Assembly (NCBI GenBank): GCA_041584015.1
Contig: JBFHES010000001.1
Span: 2,040 to 66,039 of the forward strand
From: Bacteroidales bacterium
Lineage (GTDB): Bacteria > Bacteroidota > Bacteroidia > Bacteroidales > M50B96
DNA length: 64,000 nucleotides
Reading direction: 5' to 3'
Shown: positions 1 through 9,602 of the stretch, piece after piece
How positions within the stretch are numbered: position 1 is the first letter of the stretch
Layout of the letters: the number at the start of each line of letters is the position of its first letter
The notes under the pieces: model-generated
Database searches by the model: none
What the model was told of the DNA's origin: nothing
What the model saw: the letters and a program-made list of their open reading frames with translations, nothing else
Position numbers and translations under genes: made by a program

Positions 1-1
1 T

Positions 2-751
2 CCGGAAATTAGTCCGGATGCCTATGTTGATGAATCTGCCGAAGTTGATGCAAGTTCACTTATTGGTGCTTTTTCTTATTTAGGTAAAAATGTTCGCATA
101 GGTAAAAACACAAAGATATTCCCGCAGGTTTACATTGGCGATAATGTTGTAATTGGAGACAATTGTATTCTTTATGCCGGTGTTAAAGTATTTGAGAAAT
201 GTTTGGTTGGCAACGGCTGTATCATTCATGGAAATACAGTGCTTGGATCAGATGGTTTTGGATTTGTTCAAAATACAGATGAGAACAACAAGAAGGTTCC
301 TCAAATTGGAAATGTAATTCTTGAAGACAATGTTGAGATAGGTGCAAATGTAACTATCGACCGAGCAACCATGGGATCAACAATTATTCGCAAAGGTGCC
401 AAGCTCGACAACCTTATACAAATAGCACATAATGTTGAGATCGGCGAAAATACTATGATCGCTTCTCAAACCGGAATTTCCGGATCCACCAAAATTGGCA
501 AGAACTGTTTATTTGGCGGACAGGTCGGAACTGTTGGACACATCCAAATAGCTGATGAAGTAAAGGTTGCAGCACAATCTGGCATCTCTAATTCCATTAA
601 AGAAGTTGGAGCTATTGTTCAAGGCTCTCCGGCATACAACATCAAAGATTATCAAAAATCACTTGTTCTGTTCAAGAACTTGCCAAAGCTGTTTAAAGAA
701 GTAAATCAACTAAGAAAAGAGTTGAGCCAATTAAAAAGCACGCAAGAATAG
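2..751 (+). CDS. lpxD: UDP-3-O-(3-hydroxyacyl)glucosamine N-acyltransferase LpxD, 5' end cut by the window edge
   Basis: The frame is open from base 2 ([15 protein letters not shown]...), so the TTG at 203 in the ORF track is internal. The translation is continuous left-handed beta-helix hexapeptide repeats ([58 protein letters not shown]). It lies directly upstream of lpxC-fabZ and lpxA. Confidence 0.85.
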   Translation, partial: PEISPDAYVDESAEVDASSLIGAFSYLGKNVRIGKNTKIFPQVYIGDNVVIGDNCILYAGVKVFEKCLVGNGCIIHGNTVLGSDGFGFVQNTDENNKKVPQIGNVILEDNVEIGANVTIDRATMGSTIIRKGAKLDNLIQIAHNVEIGENTMIASQTGISGSTKIGKNCLFGGQVGTVGHIQIADEVKVAAQSGISNSIKEVGAIVQGSPAYNIKDYQKSLVLFKNLPKLFKEVNQLRKELSQLKSTQE

Positions 752-854
752 TTTGCTTTCACAATTCGCATTTGCTTCTGCAAAGCAATCAAAATAGCGC
801 TAAATCACTTAAAATCAATATTTTTTTCAATTTGTCATTGGGCATAATTTGTTA

Positions 855-862
855 TACTTTTG
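855..862 (+). promoter_or_regulatory. Candidate Bacteroidota -7 box (TACTTTTG, matches TAnnTTTG) for lpxC-fabZ
   Basis: Exact TAnnTTTG match 28 nt upstream of the ATG at 890. It overlaps the TTG at 860 used by the ORF track, which argues that the true start is downstream. Confidence 0.4.
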
Positions 863-889
863 TCGCCATTGAAAAAAAGAATGGGATCT

Positions 890-2299
890 AAAAAATTTAT
901 AATGACGCAATTCCAAACAACTTTAGCCAAGGCTGTTTCAATGCAGGGAACCGGACTTCATACCGGCGTTAAAGTGAACCTTACGATTAAGCCTGCTGCT
1001 GAAAACCATGGGTATAAATTTAAACGAGTTGACCTAGAAGGTCATCCAACAATCAATGGTATAGCCGATAATGTTGTTGATACTTCACGCGGAACCACTC
1101 TTGAAGAAAAAGGAAATCGCGTTTATACCATTGAACACATTCTATCTGCGCTTCATGGTCTTGGAGTTGACAACGCATTGATTGAAGTAGACAATCAAGA
1201 GATTCCAATCATGGATGGTAGTGCAAGATATTTTGTTGAAGCCATTGAAGAAGCTGGAATTACAGAACTTGAAGCAGAGCGTCAGTATTTTGTAGTAAAA
1301 GAAACCATTTCTTACTTCGACGAAGAAAACGGTACTGAGATTCTACTTGTACCAGATGATGAATACAGACTATTAGTTAATGTATCTTATAATGCGAAAT
1401 CATTAAAGAATCAGTTCGCATCACTTTCCTCATTAAAGCACTACAAAGAAGAGATTTCAAAATGTAGAACATTTACATTTATTAGTGAGTTGGAGCCATT
1501 GTTAAAGAACAATCTTATTAAAGGTGGCGATCTTGACAATGCAATTGTAATCATTGACAAGGTTGTTACACAGGAAGAGATTGATCGCTTAGCAAAATTA
1601 TTTAACAAGCCATCAGTTGAAGTAAAACCTGAAGGCGTGCTTAATAATCTTGACCTGGCTTTTCCAAACGAACCTGCACGTCACAAATTACTGGATGTAG
1701 TTGGTGATCTTGCACTAATTGGTTCTCCTATTAAAGGTAGAATAATTGCAACTCGTCCGGGACATTATACAAATACTGAATTTGCAAAAAAAGTGCGTCA
1801 GATTATAAAGAGAGAAAAGCTCAAAAGAGTTATCCCTGTTTATGATCCAACCGTACCGCCACTTATGGATGTGAATAAAATCCAGGAGTTGCTACCGCAC
1901 CGTCAACCTTTTTTAATGGTAGATAAAATCATTAAAATGGATGAGAACACTGTTGTAGGTGTTAAAAGTGTAACCATGAACGAGCAGTTTTTTGCAGGCC
2001 ACTTTCCGGGTGCCCCAGTTATGCCTGGTGTGCTTTTAGTGGAAGCCATGGCGCAAACTGGTGGGATATTAGTTTTAAACTCCTACGACGATCCTGAAAA
2101 CTACCTTACATTCTTTATGAAAATTGACAATGTAAAATTCAGAAAGAGCGTAGTTCCAGGCGACTCAGTTATCTTCAAATTGGTTCTAACTGGTCCGGTA
2201 AAAAGAGGAGTTGCTAATATGGTCGGTCAAGCATATGTTGGAGAAACGCTTGTAGCCGAAGGAGAATTTATGGCATTAATTTCAAGAAAAACAGAATAA
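890..2299 (+). CDS. lpxC-fabZ: Bifunctional UDP-3-O-acyl-GlcNAc deacetylase / 3-hydroxyacyl-ACP dehydratase (LpxC-FabZ fusion)
   Basis: The N-terminal half carries LpxC motifs (GTGLHTGVKVNLTIKPA, YTIEHILSALHGLGVDN, HKLLDVVGDLALIG). The C-terminal 150 aa carry FabZ hot-dog motifs (LPHRQPFLMVDKI, FFAGHFPGAPVMPGVLLVEAMAQTGG). The start is ATG 890 or ATG 902 (MTQFQTTL). The track start at 860 is a TTG inside the putative promoter. Confidence 0.92.
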   Translation, partial: KKFIMTQFQTTLAKAVSMQGTGLHTGVKVNLTIKPAAENHGYKFKRVDLEGHPTINGIADNVVDTSRGTTLEEKGNRVYTIEHILSALHGLGVDNALIEVDNQEIPIMDGSARYFVEAIEEAGITELEAERQYFVVKETISYFDEENGTEILLVPDDEYRLLVNVSYNAKSLKNQFASLSSLKHYKEEISKCRTFTFISELEPLLKNNLIKGGDLDNAIVIIDKVVTQEEIDRLAKLFNKPSVEVKPEGVLNNLDLAFPNEPARHKLLDVVGDLALIGSPIKGRIIATRPGHYTNTEFAKKVRQIIKREKLKRVIPVYDPTVPPLMDVNKIQELLPHRQPFLMVDKIIKMDENTVVGVKSVTMNEQFFAGHFPGAPVMPGVLLVEAMAQTGGILVLNSYDDPENYLTFFMKIDNVKFRKSVVPGDSVIFKLVLTGPVKRGVANMVGQAYVGETLVAEGEFMALISRKTE

Positions 2300-2303
2300 G
2301 AAA

Positions 2304-3086
2304 ATGAACCAACCTCTAGCATACGTTCATCCAGATTCAAAAATAGCCAACAATGTGGTTATTGAGCCTTTTGTAACCATCAACAAAAATGTTGAGATTG
2401 GTGAAGGAACATGGATAGGATCTAATGTTACAATTATGGAAGGCACCAGAATTGGAAAGAATTGCAAGATTTTTCCAGGAGCAGTAATTGGCGCCATCCC
2501 TCAAGACCTTAAGTTTAAGGGCGAAGAGACCACCGTTGAAATTGGCGACAATACAACAATTAGAGAATGTGTTACCATTAACCGGGGAACAGCTGCAAAA
2601 AACAAGACCGTTGTAGGAAACAATTGTTTACTCATGGCTTATGTGCATGTTGCCCATGACTGCTTGGTAGGTAACTATGTAATTCTTGGGAATGCCACTC
2701 AGCTGGCTGGTGAAGTTATTATCGACGACTGGGCTATTTTAAGCGGATTGGTTGCAGTGCATCAATTTTGTCATATTGGAGCTCATGTAATGATTTCAGG
2801 TGGATCACTGGTACGAAAAGACGTACCACCATTTATCAAAGTGGCGCATGAACCAGTTGCTTTTGTAGGTATTAATTCAATTGGATTAAGAAGAAGAAAT
2901 TATACCAACGAGAAAATTAACGAGATTCAGGAAATCTACAGGTATTTATTCTTGAGCAAGCTGAACACTTCAAATGCAATTGAGCAAATTGAAGCAAAAA
3001 TGCCTGCTACAAAAGAACGTGACGAATTATTATTATTTGTTCGAAACTCTAAACGAGGAATTATCAGAGGCTACGAATTTAAATAG
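2304..3086 (+). CDS. lpxA: Acyl-ACP--UDP-N-acetylglucosamine O-acyltransferase LpxA
   Basis: 260 aa with hexapeptide repeats (IGEGTWIGSNVTIMEGTRIGKNCKIFPGAVIG) and a helical C-terminal domain. It starts 4 nt after the lpxC-fabZ stop. Confidence 0.9.
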   Translation: MNQPLAYVHPDSKIANNVVIEPFVTINKNVEIGEGTWIGSNVTIMEGTRIGKNCKIFPGAVIGAIPQDLKFKGEETTVEIGDNTTIRECVTINRGTAAKNKTVVGNNCLLMAYVHVAHDCLVGNYVILGNATQLAGEVIIDDWAILSGLVAVHQFCHIGAHVMISGGSLVRKDVPPFIKVAHEPVAFVGINSIGLRRRNYTNEKINEIQEIYRYLFLSKLNTSNAIEQIEAKMPATKERDELLLFVRNSKRGIIRGYEFK

Positions 3087-3107
3087 GACGCCTTAACGGA
3101 TACAAAA

Positions 3108-3141
3108 AAGAGCGGTTGTTTCATGAAACAACCGCTCTTTT
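3108..3141. terminator. Bidirectional rho-independent terminator between convergent lpxA and the PLP enzyme gene
   Basis: Perfect 14-bp stem aagagcggttgttt / aaacaaccgctctt with loop catg, an A-run on the left and a T-run on the right. Confidence 0.8.
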
Positions 3142-3159
3142 CATTTTATATAAGCTACA

Positions 3160-4344
3160 TTAGATTTTCGCTAATGCCTGATCAATATCAGCAATAATAT
3201 CTTTCACATCTTCAATTCCAATAGCATAACGTACCAACTCATCAGTAATACCTGCTTCTTCTCTATCAGCCTTTTGCATTGCCGCATGTGTCATTGATGC
3301 AGGATGCTGAATAAGTGTTTCAACTCCACCAAGCGAAACCGCAAGTTTAGCAAGATTTACACTATCCATCACTGTTTTACCAGCTTCATAACCACCTTCA
3401 ACTCCAAAGCTAATCATTGCACCAGGTCCTCTCATTTGTTCTTTGGCAAGATCGTATTGTTCAAATGACTTTAAACCAGGATACTTTATCCACTTTACTT
3501 TTGGATGATTCTCAAGATACTCGGCTACTTTTTGCGCACTTTCCTGCGCACGATCAATACGTAATGATAAAGTTTTAACCCCGCGAATTACCAGGTAAGC
3601 TTGATGTGGATCCATATTACACCCCATGAAAACCATCGTTTTTCTTAGGCGATCATAAATATCCTTATCCTTTGCAATCAAAGCACCACCAACAATATCA
3701 GCATGCCCGTTAATAAACTTAGTTAATGAATGAAGCACTACATCTGCGCCTAAATCCAAAGGATTTTGCAAATAAGGGCTACAGAATGTATTATCAACAA
3801 CAACAGGAATACCATGCTTATGAGCCAATTCACAGGCCGTTTTCAAATCAGTTAACTGGATGGTTGGATTTGAAGGAGTTTCCAGGTATAACAATTTTGT
3901 ATTCGGGCGAATGGCCTTCTCTATGTTCTCAATTTTTGAAGTATCGGTAAAAGTTGCTTCCACACCAAACTTCTCAAAATGGCTGGCAATAATTGCACGA
4001 CTTGGTCCGTACAAAGCACCAGTAGCTACCATATGTGCACCTTTATCAAGAAAGGTCATATACACAGTTGAAACAGCGGCCATACCCGACCCCATTGCAA
4101 TACCACGATAACCATTCTCTAACTGAGCAAGTTTATCTTCAAGGTTGTTAATGGTTGGATTACCAATACGTGTATAAATATACCCACTATCTTTACCTGA
4201 AAAGCAATCAGCACCATGCTGTGCACTTTTAAAGCTAAAAGTTGATGTTTGATAAATTGGAGTTACGGCACTTCCATACTCATCATGAAAGTCACCCGCA
4301 TGTATTAATTTAGAGTCAAAACCTAAGTCTTTAGTATCTAACAT
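3160..4344 (-). CDS. Cys/Met-metabolism PLP-dependent enzyme, methionine gamma-lyase / O-acetylhomoserine sulfhydrylase-like
   Basis: Family motifs are present: SAVTPIYQTSTF, GMAAVS, VVVDNTFCSPYLQNPL, and the PLP-lysine motif HSLTKFINGHADIVGG. The likely start is ATG 4344 (MLDTKDLGFDSKLIHAG), giving 394 aa. The 45-aa extension in the track has no homology-like features. Confidence 0.8.
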   Translation of the reverse strand: MLDTKDLGFDSKLIHAGDFHDEYGSAVTPIYQTSTFSFKSAQHGADCFSGKDSGYIYTRIGNPTINNLEDKLAQLENGYRGIAMGSGMAAVSTVYMTFLDKGAHMVATGALYGPSRAIIASHFEKFGVEATFTDTSKIENIEKAIRPNTKLLYLETPSNPTIQLTDLKTACELAHKHGIPVVVDNTFCSPYLQNPLDLGADVVLHSLTKFINGHADIVGGALIAKDKDIYDRLRKTMVFMGCNMDPHQAYLVIRGVKTLSLRIDRAQESAQKVAEYLENHPKVKWIKYPGLKSFEQYDLAKEQMRGPGAMISFGVEGGYEAGKTVMDSVNLAKLAVSLGGVETLIQHPASMTHAAMQKADREEAGITDELVRYAIGIEDVKDIIADIDQALAKI

Positions 4345-4698
4345 AATATTAATGATTTTATAATTTTGCCCAAAATTAGTCTTTTTATTGAAACTTAACA
4401 GGCTATTTGACAGCATGTGTAAGTGAGAGATATCACAGCCTAAAACTTTATTTATTATTGAAAAATGTTTATGGAACATGCCCCGCTAAGTACGTGTTTA
4501 CTAGCCATTAATTTGCCTATCTCTTAAATTGTTTATAACTTACCACTTCATACAAAATTGATAAAATCTAATTAATTATATTTGTAATTATTCACGATCT
4601 TTTTGAAGCATTCGTTCAAAGTTGGTTAATTCATTTTTCACATGTGCATTACCTTTAAAGTCTTTTGAATTGACTACTTCACTTAAATATTTTTTGCA

Positions 4699-5163
4699 AT
4701 GACACATTTAAAAGCAGGTGACTTGGCTCCGGCCTTCGAAGCCAATGATCAAAATGGAAACTCGGTAAGTCTGGAAAGTTTAAGAGGAAAAAAAATCATC
4801 CTTTTTTTCTATCCTAAAGACAATACCCCCGGTTGTACCGCGGAAGCATGTAATTTAAGAGATAACTATGCCGACTTAAAAGAAAAAGGATTTGAGGTAA
4901 TAGGCGTTAGTCCGGATAGCGAAGCATCTCATCAGAAATTCATTACAAAATTTGACCTACCCTACACCTTACTTGTTGATAGTGAGAAAAAAATTCTGAA
5001 TGATTATGGAGCATGGGGAGAGAAAAAGATGTACGGTAAAACTTACATGGGAGTCCTGCGCTCAACATTTATTATCGACAGCGATGGTAAGATTGAGAAA
5101 ATAATTGAAAAAGTAAAAACCAAAGAACACACCAAGCAGATTTATGGTGAACTAAACCTCTAA
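4699..5163 (+). CDS. bcp: Thiol peroxidase, bacterioferritin comigratory protein (Bcp / PrxQ type peroxiredoxin)
   Basis: 154 aa with [16 protein letters not shown], which contains the peroxidatic and resolving Cys pair. Confidence 0.9.
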   Translation: MTHLKAGDLAPAFEANDQNGNSVSLESLRGKKIILFFYPKDNTPGCTAEACNLRDNYADLKEKGFEVIGVSPDSEASHQKFITKFDLPYTLLVDSEKKILNDYGAWGEKKMYGKTYMGVLRSTFIIDSDGKIEKIIEKVKTKEHTKQIYGELNL

Positions 5164-5180
5164 ACAAAATACACAATCAT

Positions 5181-6188
5181 ATGAGTAAAGATATTGATAT
5201 TAAGAAGGAAAAGCTGAAGGCACTTCAGCTAACCCTCGATAAAATTGACAAGAACTACGGCAAAGGCACCATTATGAAAATGGGCGATAATGCCGTTGTC
5301 GAGGTACCAACCATCTCCTCAGGATCCATTTCACTAGATGTTGCTTTGGGAATTGGAGGATATCCGCGAGGAAGAATTGTTGAGATTTATGGTCCTGAAT
5401 CATCGGGTAAAACAACGCTGGCCATTCATGCAATTGCACAAGCACAAAAAGCCGGTGGATTAGCAGCTATTATTGATGCTGAGCACGCTTTCGATAGAAG
5501 CTATGCCGAAGCACTTGGCGTTGATACAGAGAACCTATTCATCTCACAGCCCGACAATGGAGAGCAGGCCTTGGAAATTGCAGATCACCTAATCAGATCG
5601 GGTGCAATCGACATTGTGGTAATCGACTCGGTTGCAGCACTTACTCCAAAGGCAGAGATTGAAGGTGAAATGGGCGATTCGAAAATGGGACTACAAGCCC
5701 GACTAATGTCACAGGCATTACGAAAGTTAACTGGTAACATTAATAAAACAGGTACTTGCTGTATATTCATCAACCAGCTTCGTGAGAAAATAGGTGTAAT
5801 GTTCGGTAATCCTGAAACAACAACTGGTGGTAATGCCCTCAAATTCTATTCTTCGCTGCGATTAGACATCCGTAGAATTGGTCAAATAAAGGATACGGAA
5901 GATATTAAAGGTAACCGCACCCGAGTTAAGGTGGTTAAAAACAAACTGGCACCACCTTTCAGAAAAGCTGAATTTGACATTATGTATGGCGAAGGTATTT
6001 CCAAAATTGGTGAAGTAATTGATTTGGGCGTTGACTTTAACATTATCAAAAAAAGTGGCTCATGGTTCAGTTATGGCGAAACCAAACTTGGACAAGGAAG
6101 AGATGCTGTGAAGACCATACTTACTGACAACCCTGAACTAATGGATGAAATTGAGACAAAGATTAGAGCAGAATTAACTGCGAAATAA
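5181..6188 (+). CDS. recA: Recombinase RecA
   Basis: Walker [30 protein letters not shown], and the L2 loop region [26 protein letters not shown]. Confidence 0.98.
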   Translation: MSKDIDIKKEKLKALQLTLDKIDKNYGKGTIMKMGDNAVVEVPTISSGSISLDVALGIGGYPRGRIVEIYGPESSGKTTLAIHAIAQAQKAGGLAAIIDAEHAFDRSYAEALGVDTENLFISQPDNGEQALEIADHLIRSGAIDIVVIDSVAALTPKAEIEGEMGDSKMGLQARLMSQALRKLTGNINKTGTCCIFINQLREKIGVMFGNPETTTGGNALKFYSSLRLDIRRIGQIKDTEDIKGNRTRVKVVKNKLAPPFRKAEFDIMYGEGISKIGEVIDLGVDFNIIKKSGSWFSYGETKLGQGRDAVKTILTDNPELMDEIETKIRAELTAK

Positions 6189-6209
6189 TCTTCAATTAAC
6201 ATATTTAAC

Positions 6210-6259
6210 AAGATCGCAAGGTGTTATTCTTCAAACACGTTTTGCGATCTTTTTTTTTC
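6210..6259 (+). terminator. Rho-independent terminator after recA
   Basis: 10-bp stem aagatcgcaa / ttgcgatctt followed by a run of about nine T. Confidence 0.8.
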
Positions 6260-6295
6260 TTACGTTCTTTACAATCAATTAAATTGAATTAAATA

Positions 6296-7333
6296 ATGCT
6301 AAGACCAATACTAAACGCTGTTGCCCTTGTTCTTCTTTCAAGTTTACTCTTCTCATGCGAATCCAAGCAAAAGAGCAATAACAAGGCAGATGATGAAATT
6401 GTAACAATCGACTCATCAAGCATTTCATTTCTATCTGATGAGATAAGAAAGACTCCTACAAATGCCGAACTTTTTGCTAAAAGGGCACAATCTTACTTTG
6501 CACAAAATAATTTTGACGATGCCATTCGCGACATGGATTTAGCAATTAAGCTTGATTCAATGAATGCCTCGAGCTATATAACAATTGCTGAATATTATTT
6601 GGCCATTGGCAAATCGGAGAAATCGAAAGAAATGCTAGACAGATGTGTATTACTTTTCCCCGAGAACACCGACGGTCTGCTTAAGCTAGCCGAAATTCAT
6701 TTCTTGGTTCAGCAATACAAAGAGGCCATGGAACTTATTGGTAAATCACAACGTGTTGATCCACTGCTTTCGCAACCATTTTTTCTGAAAGGACTTATCT
6801 ACAAAGAAACAGGCGACACCTTAAAGGCCATTGAGAATTTTCAAATCACAGTTAATAAAGATCCTGAAAATTACCATGCTTACATGTTATTAGGATCAAT
6901 GAATGCAGGCATGCAGGACTCAATTGCTCTGGACTACTTCAGAATAGCCCTTCGCCTAAAACCGGAAAGCATTGAAGCACTTTACAACATTGGCATGTTT
7001 TATCAGCAAGCAGGACTATACACTCAAGCCATTAATTCCTACAAAAAAATCATTGAGGATATAGATACATCCTATGAGTTTGCCTATTATAACATTGGTT
7101 TTATCTACCTGGAATACTTGAAGGATTATAAAAATGCGCTTAAGTATTTTACTGAAACAATTGAGTTAAAAAACAACTATTATCAAGCTTTTCATAATAG
7201 AGGATATGCCTTTGAAATGCTGGGCGATTTTAACAATGCCCAACTTGATTACCAGTCAGCACTTAACATTCTACCAAACTACCAGCTTAGTGTTGAAGGC
7301 CTAAACAGGCTTGATAAAAAAATGAACAAGTAG
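6296..7333 (+). CDS. TPR-repeat lipoprotein
   Basis: Signal peptide with lipobox (LLFSC), followed by repeated 34-aa TPR-like units (AELFAKRAQSYFAQNNFDDAIRDMDLAIKLD, YQAFHNRGYAFEMLGDFNNAQLDYQSALNILP). Confidence 0.75.
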   Translation: MLRPILNAVALVLLSSLLFSCESKQKSNNKADDEIVTIDSSSISFLSDEIRKTPTNAELFAKRAQSYFAQNNFDDAIRDMDLAIKLDSMNASSYITIAEYYLAIGKSEKSKEMLDRCVLLFPENTDGLLKLAEIHFLVQQYKEAMELIGKSQRVDPLLSQPFFLKGLIYKETGDTLKAIENFQITVNKDPENYHAYMLLGSMNAGMQDSIALDYFRIALRLKPESIEALYNIGMFYQQAGLYTQAINSYKKIIEDIDTSYEFAYYNIGFIYLEYLKDYKNALKYFTETIELKNNYYQAFHNRGYAFEMLGDFNNAQLDYQSALNILPNYQLSVEGLNRLDKKMNK

Positions 7334-7410
7334 CTTGTATTAACCGGCAATACAAACTGTAAATTACATGCTGATGTAACACGAAGAAATTAGTAATTAA
7401 ACCGTATAAA

Positions 7411-9519
7411 ATGAAAAATTTACTTCTATTAACTTTAATAGCATTTACCATGTTATTGTCATGCGATCCGCCTAAGGAACAGGCTAAAGAATCGAAAACA
7501 GCTGATAAAACCATTATTAGCAAAAAGGATGTAAAACTTACAAGCGACATTATGACACCGGAAGTGTTGTGGCATTTCGGACGTGTTGGTGGCGTTAGTG
7601 TTTCGCCCGACCAAAGCAAACTTCTTTATGGTATTACTTACTATGATATTGATGAGAATAAGGGTAACACCGATTTATACATGAGTAACATAGACGGATC
7701 TAATGTGAAACGTTTATGTGAAACCGCTGGCGGTGAATACGAAGCGCGTTGGTTCGACAATAAAAAAATCTCTTTCATGTCTGCTGAGAGTGGAAGTATG
7801 CAAGTTTGGTTTATGAATGTTGTTTCTGGTGCTAAAACTGAAGCTACTAATATTGATGGTGGCATTACAGGCTATAAATTCTCGCCAGACCAATCTAAGC
7901 TAATGTACACCAAGGATGTAAAACTAGATGAAAGTGTATTAGATATGCATCCTGACCTGCCAAAAGCAAATGCATATATCGAAACAGATTTAATGTATCG
8001 CCATTGGGATCATTGGCACGATTACACCTACAGCCATGTATTTGTTGCTGATTTTTCCGCTAATGGAACAGCAAACGCAAAAGACCTAATGGAAGGAGAG
8101 CGTTATCATTCACCGCTAAAGCCTTGGGGAGGAACAGAGCAAATCAACTGGAGTCCTGACAGCAAGCACCTGGCTTATACCAAGAAAGAGTCTTTTGGCA
8201 AGGAATACGCACTTTCAACCAACTCAGATATTTTCATTTATTATACGGAAAGCGGTACACAAGAAAATATCTCGAATGGTATGATGGGATATGATGTTGC
8301 CCCAACCTACTCGCCAGACGGAACCATGATTGCGTGGGAAAGCATGGAAAGAGATGGATATGAAGCGGACAAAAACCGTTTAATTATTTATGATGTTGAA
8401 GCAAAACAATGGAAAGACTATAGTGCAACTGAATTTGACAGAAATGCACATGGTCTTAGCTGGAGCGCCGACAGCAAAACGGTTTGGTTTACATGCGACC
8501 ACTTAGCCAGATATGAAATTTTTGGTCTGAACGTAAGTACCGGAAAATTCCATCAAATGTCAGAGGGAGATCACAACTATCGCTCTGTTGAAGAAGCTGG
8601 CGATATACTGGTTACAACAAAACAATCAATGGCCAGTCCTACCGAAATTTTCACAATTAATATTGCCACCAAAGAAGAAACACAAATTTCATTTGTTAAC
8701 AAGGATATCCTTGATCAGTTAACACTTGCAACCTGGGAAGAGCGCTGGGTGGAAACGACTGATGGAAAGCAAATGTTAGTTTGGGTAATATTACCTCCAC
8801 ATTTTGATGCAAATAAAAAATACCCGGCCCTACTCTACTGTCAGGGTGGGCCACAATCTGCGGTAAGCCAATTCTTCTCCTATCGATGGAATTTTCAGAT
8901 GATGGCCGCCAATGGCTATATTGTTGTTGCTCCTAACCGCCGCGGATTACCTTCATTCGGACAGGAATGGAACGAACAAATCTCAGGCGATTATGGCGGA
9001 CAAAACATGAAAGATTATTTATCTGCAATTGATGCGGTAGCAAAAGAGCCATTTGTTGATGAAGACCGTTTAGGTGCGATTGGTGCCAGCTACGGAGGAT
9101 TCTCAGTATTTTGGTTAGCAGGAAACCACGAGAAGCGTTTCAAAGCATTCATTTCACACGACGGTATGTTTAACCTGGAAGCGCAATATTTAGAAACGGA
9201 AGAAATGTTCTTCGTTAATTGGGATTTAGGCGGACCATTCTGGGATAAATCAAACAAGATTGCTCAACGCTCCTATGCAAATTCTCCACACAAATTTGTA
9301 GACAAATGGGACACTCCAATATTAGTGATTCATGGAGAGAAAGATTATAGAATTGCATACACGCAAGGTATGAGCGCCTACAACGCGGCTGTGCTAAGAG
9401 GTATTCCTGCTAAGTACTTACATTTTCCGGAAGAAAACCACTGGGTACTTACTCCGCAGAATAGCATTCTTTGGCAACGTACTTTTAAAGGATGGTTGGA
9501 TCAATGGTTAAAAGAATAA
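7411..9519 (+). CDS. S9 family serine peptidase (prolyl oligopeptidase / acylaminoacyl-peptidase type), lipoprotein
   Basis: Lipobox LLSC and an N-terminal beta-propeller-like region. The C-terminal alpha/beta hydrolase domain has the nucleophile elbow GASYGG and VIHGEKDYRI...NHW. Confidence 0.85.
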   Translation: MKNLLLLTLIAFTMLLSCDPPKEQAKESKTADKTIISKKDVKLTSDIMTPEVLWHFGRVGGVSVSPDQSKLLYGITYYDIDENKGNTDLYMSNIDGSNVKRLCETAGGEYEARWFDNKKISFMSAESGSMQVWFMNVVSGAKTEATNIDGGITGYKFSPDQSKLMYTKDVKLDESVLDMHPDLPKANAYIETDLMYRHWDHWHDYTYSHVFVADFSANGTANAKDLMEGERYHSPLKPWGGTEQINWSPDSKHLAYTKKESFGKEYALSTNSDIFIYYTESGTQENISNGMMGYDVAPTYSPDGTMIAWESMERDGYEADKNRLIIYDVEAKQWKDYSATEFDRNAHGLSWSADSKTVWFTCDHLARYEIFGLNVSTGKFHQMSEGDHNYRSVEEAGDILVTTKQSMASPTEIFTINIATKEETQISFVNKDILDQLTLATWEERWVETTDGKQMLVWVILPPHFDANKKYPALLYCQGGPQSAVSQFFSYRWNFQMMAANGYIVVAPNRRGLPSFGQEWNEQISGDYGGQNMKDYLSAIDAVAKEPFVDEDRLGAIGASYGGFSVFWLAGNHEKRFKAFISHDGMFNLEAQYLETEEMFFVNWDLGGPFWDKSNKIAQRSYANSPHKFVDKWDTPILVIHGEKDYRIAYTQGMSAYNAAVLRGIPAKYLHFPEENHWVLTPQNSILWQRTFKGWLDQWLKE

Positions 9520-9535
9520 GAACCTACAATTAGAT

Positions 9536-9571
9536 AAAAAATCCCGTTTAATTAATTAAGCGGGATTTTTT
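9536..9571. terminator. Bidirectional rho-independent terminator between the convergent S9 peptidase and adhesin genes
   Basis: 11-bp stem aaaaaatcccg / cgggatttttt with an AT-rich loop. Confidence 0.75.
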
Positions 9572-9602
9572 ATGCCTTCTAACTTGCACACCTGTAAGCA
9601 CT

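Noticed and set aside
203-751. The TTG start of the first ORF as given in the track
   Set aside because: The same frame is open back to base 2 and continues the hexapeptide-repeat pattern. The gene is simply truncated by the window edge.
3726-4111. Two plus-strand ORFs (74 and 83 aa)
   Set aside because: They are antisense shadows inside the PLP-dependent Cys/Met enzyme gene.
7287-7619. 110-aa minus-strand ORF spanning the TPR / S9 peptidase junction
   Set aside because: It overlaps the ends of two well-supported plus-strand genes and has no features of its own.
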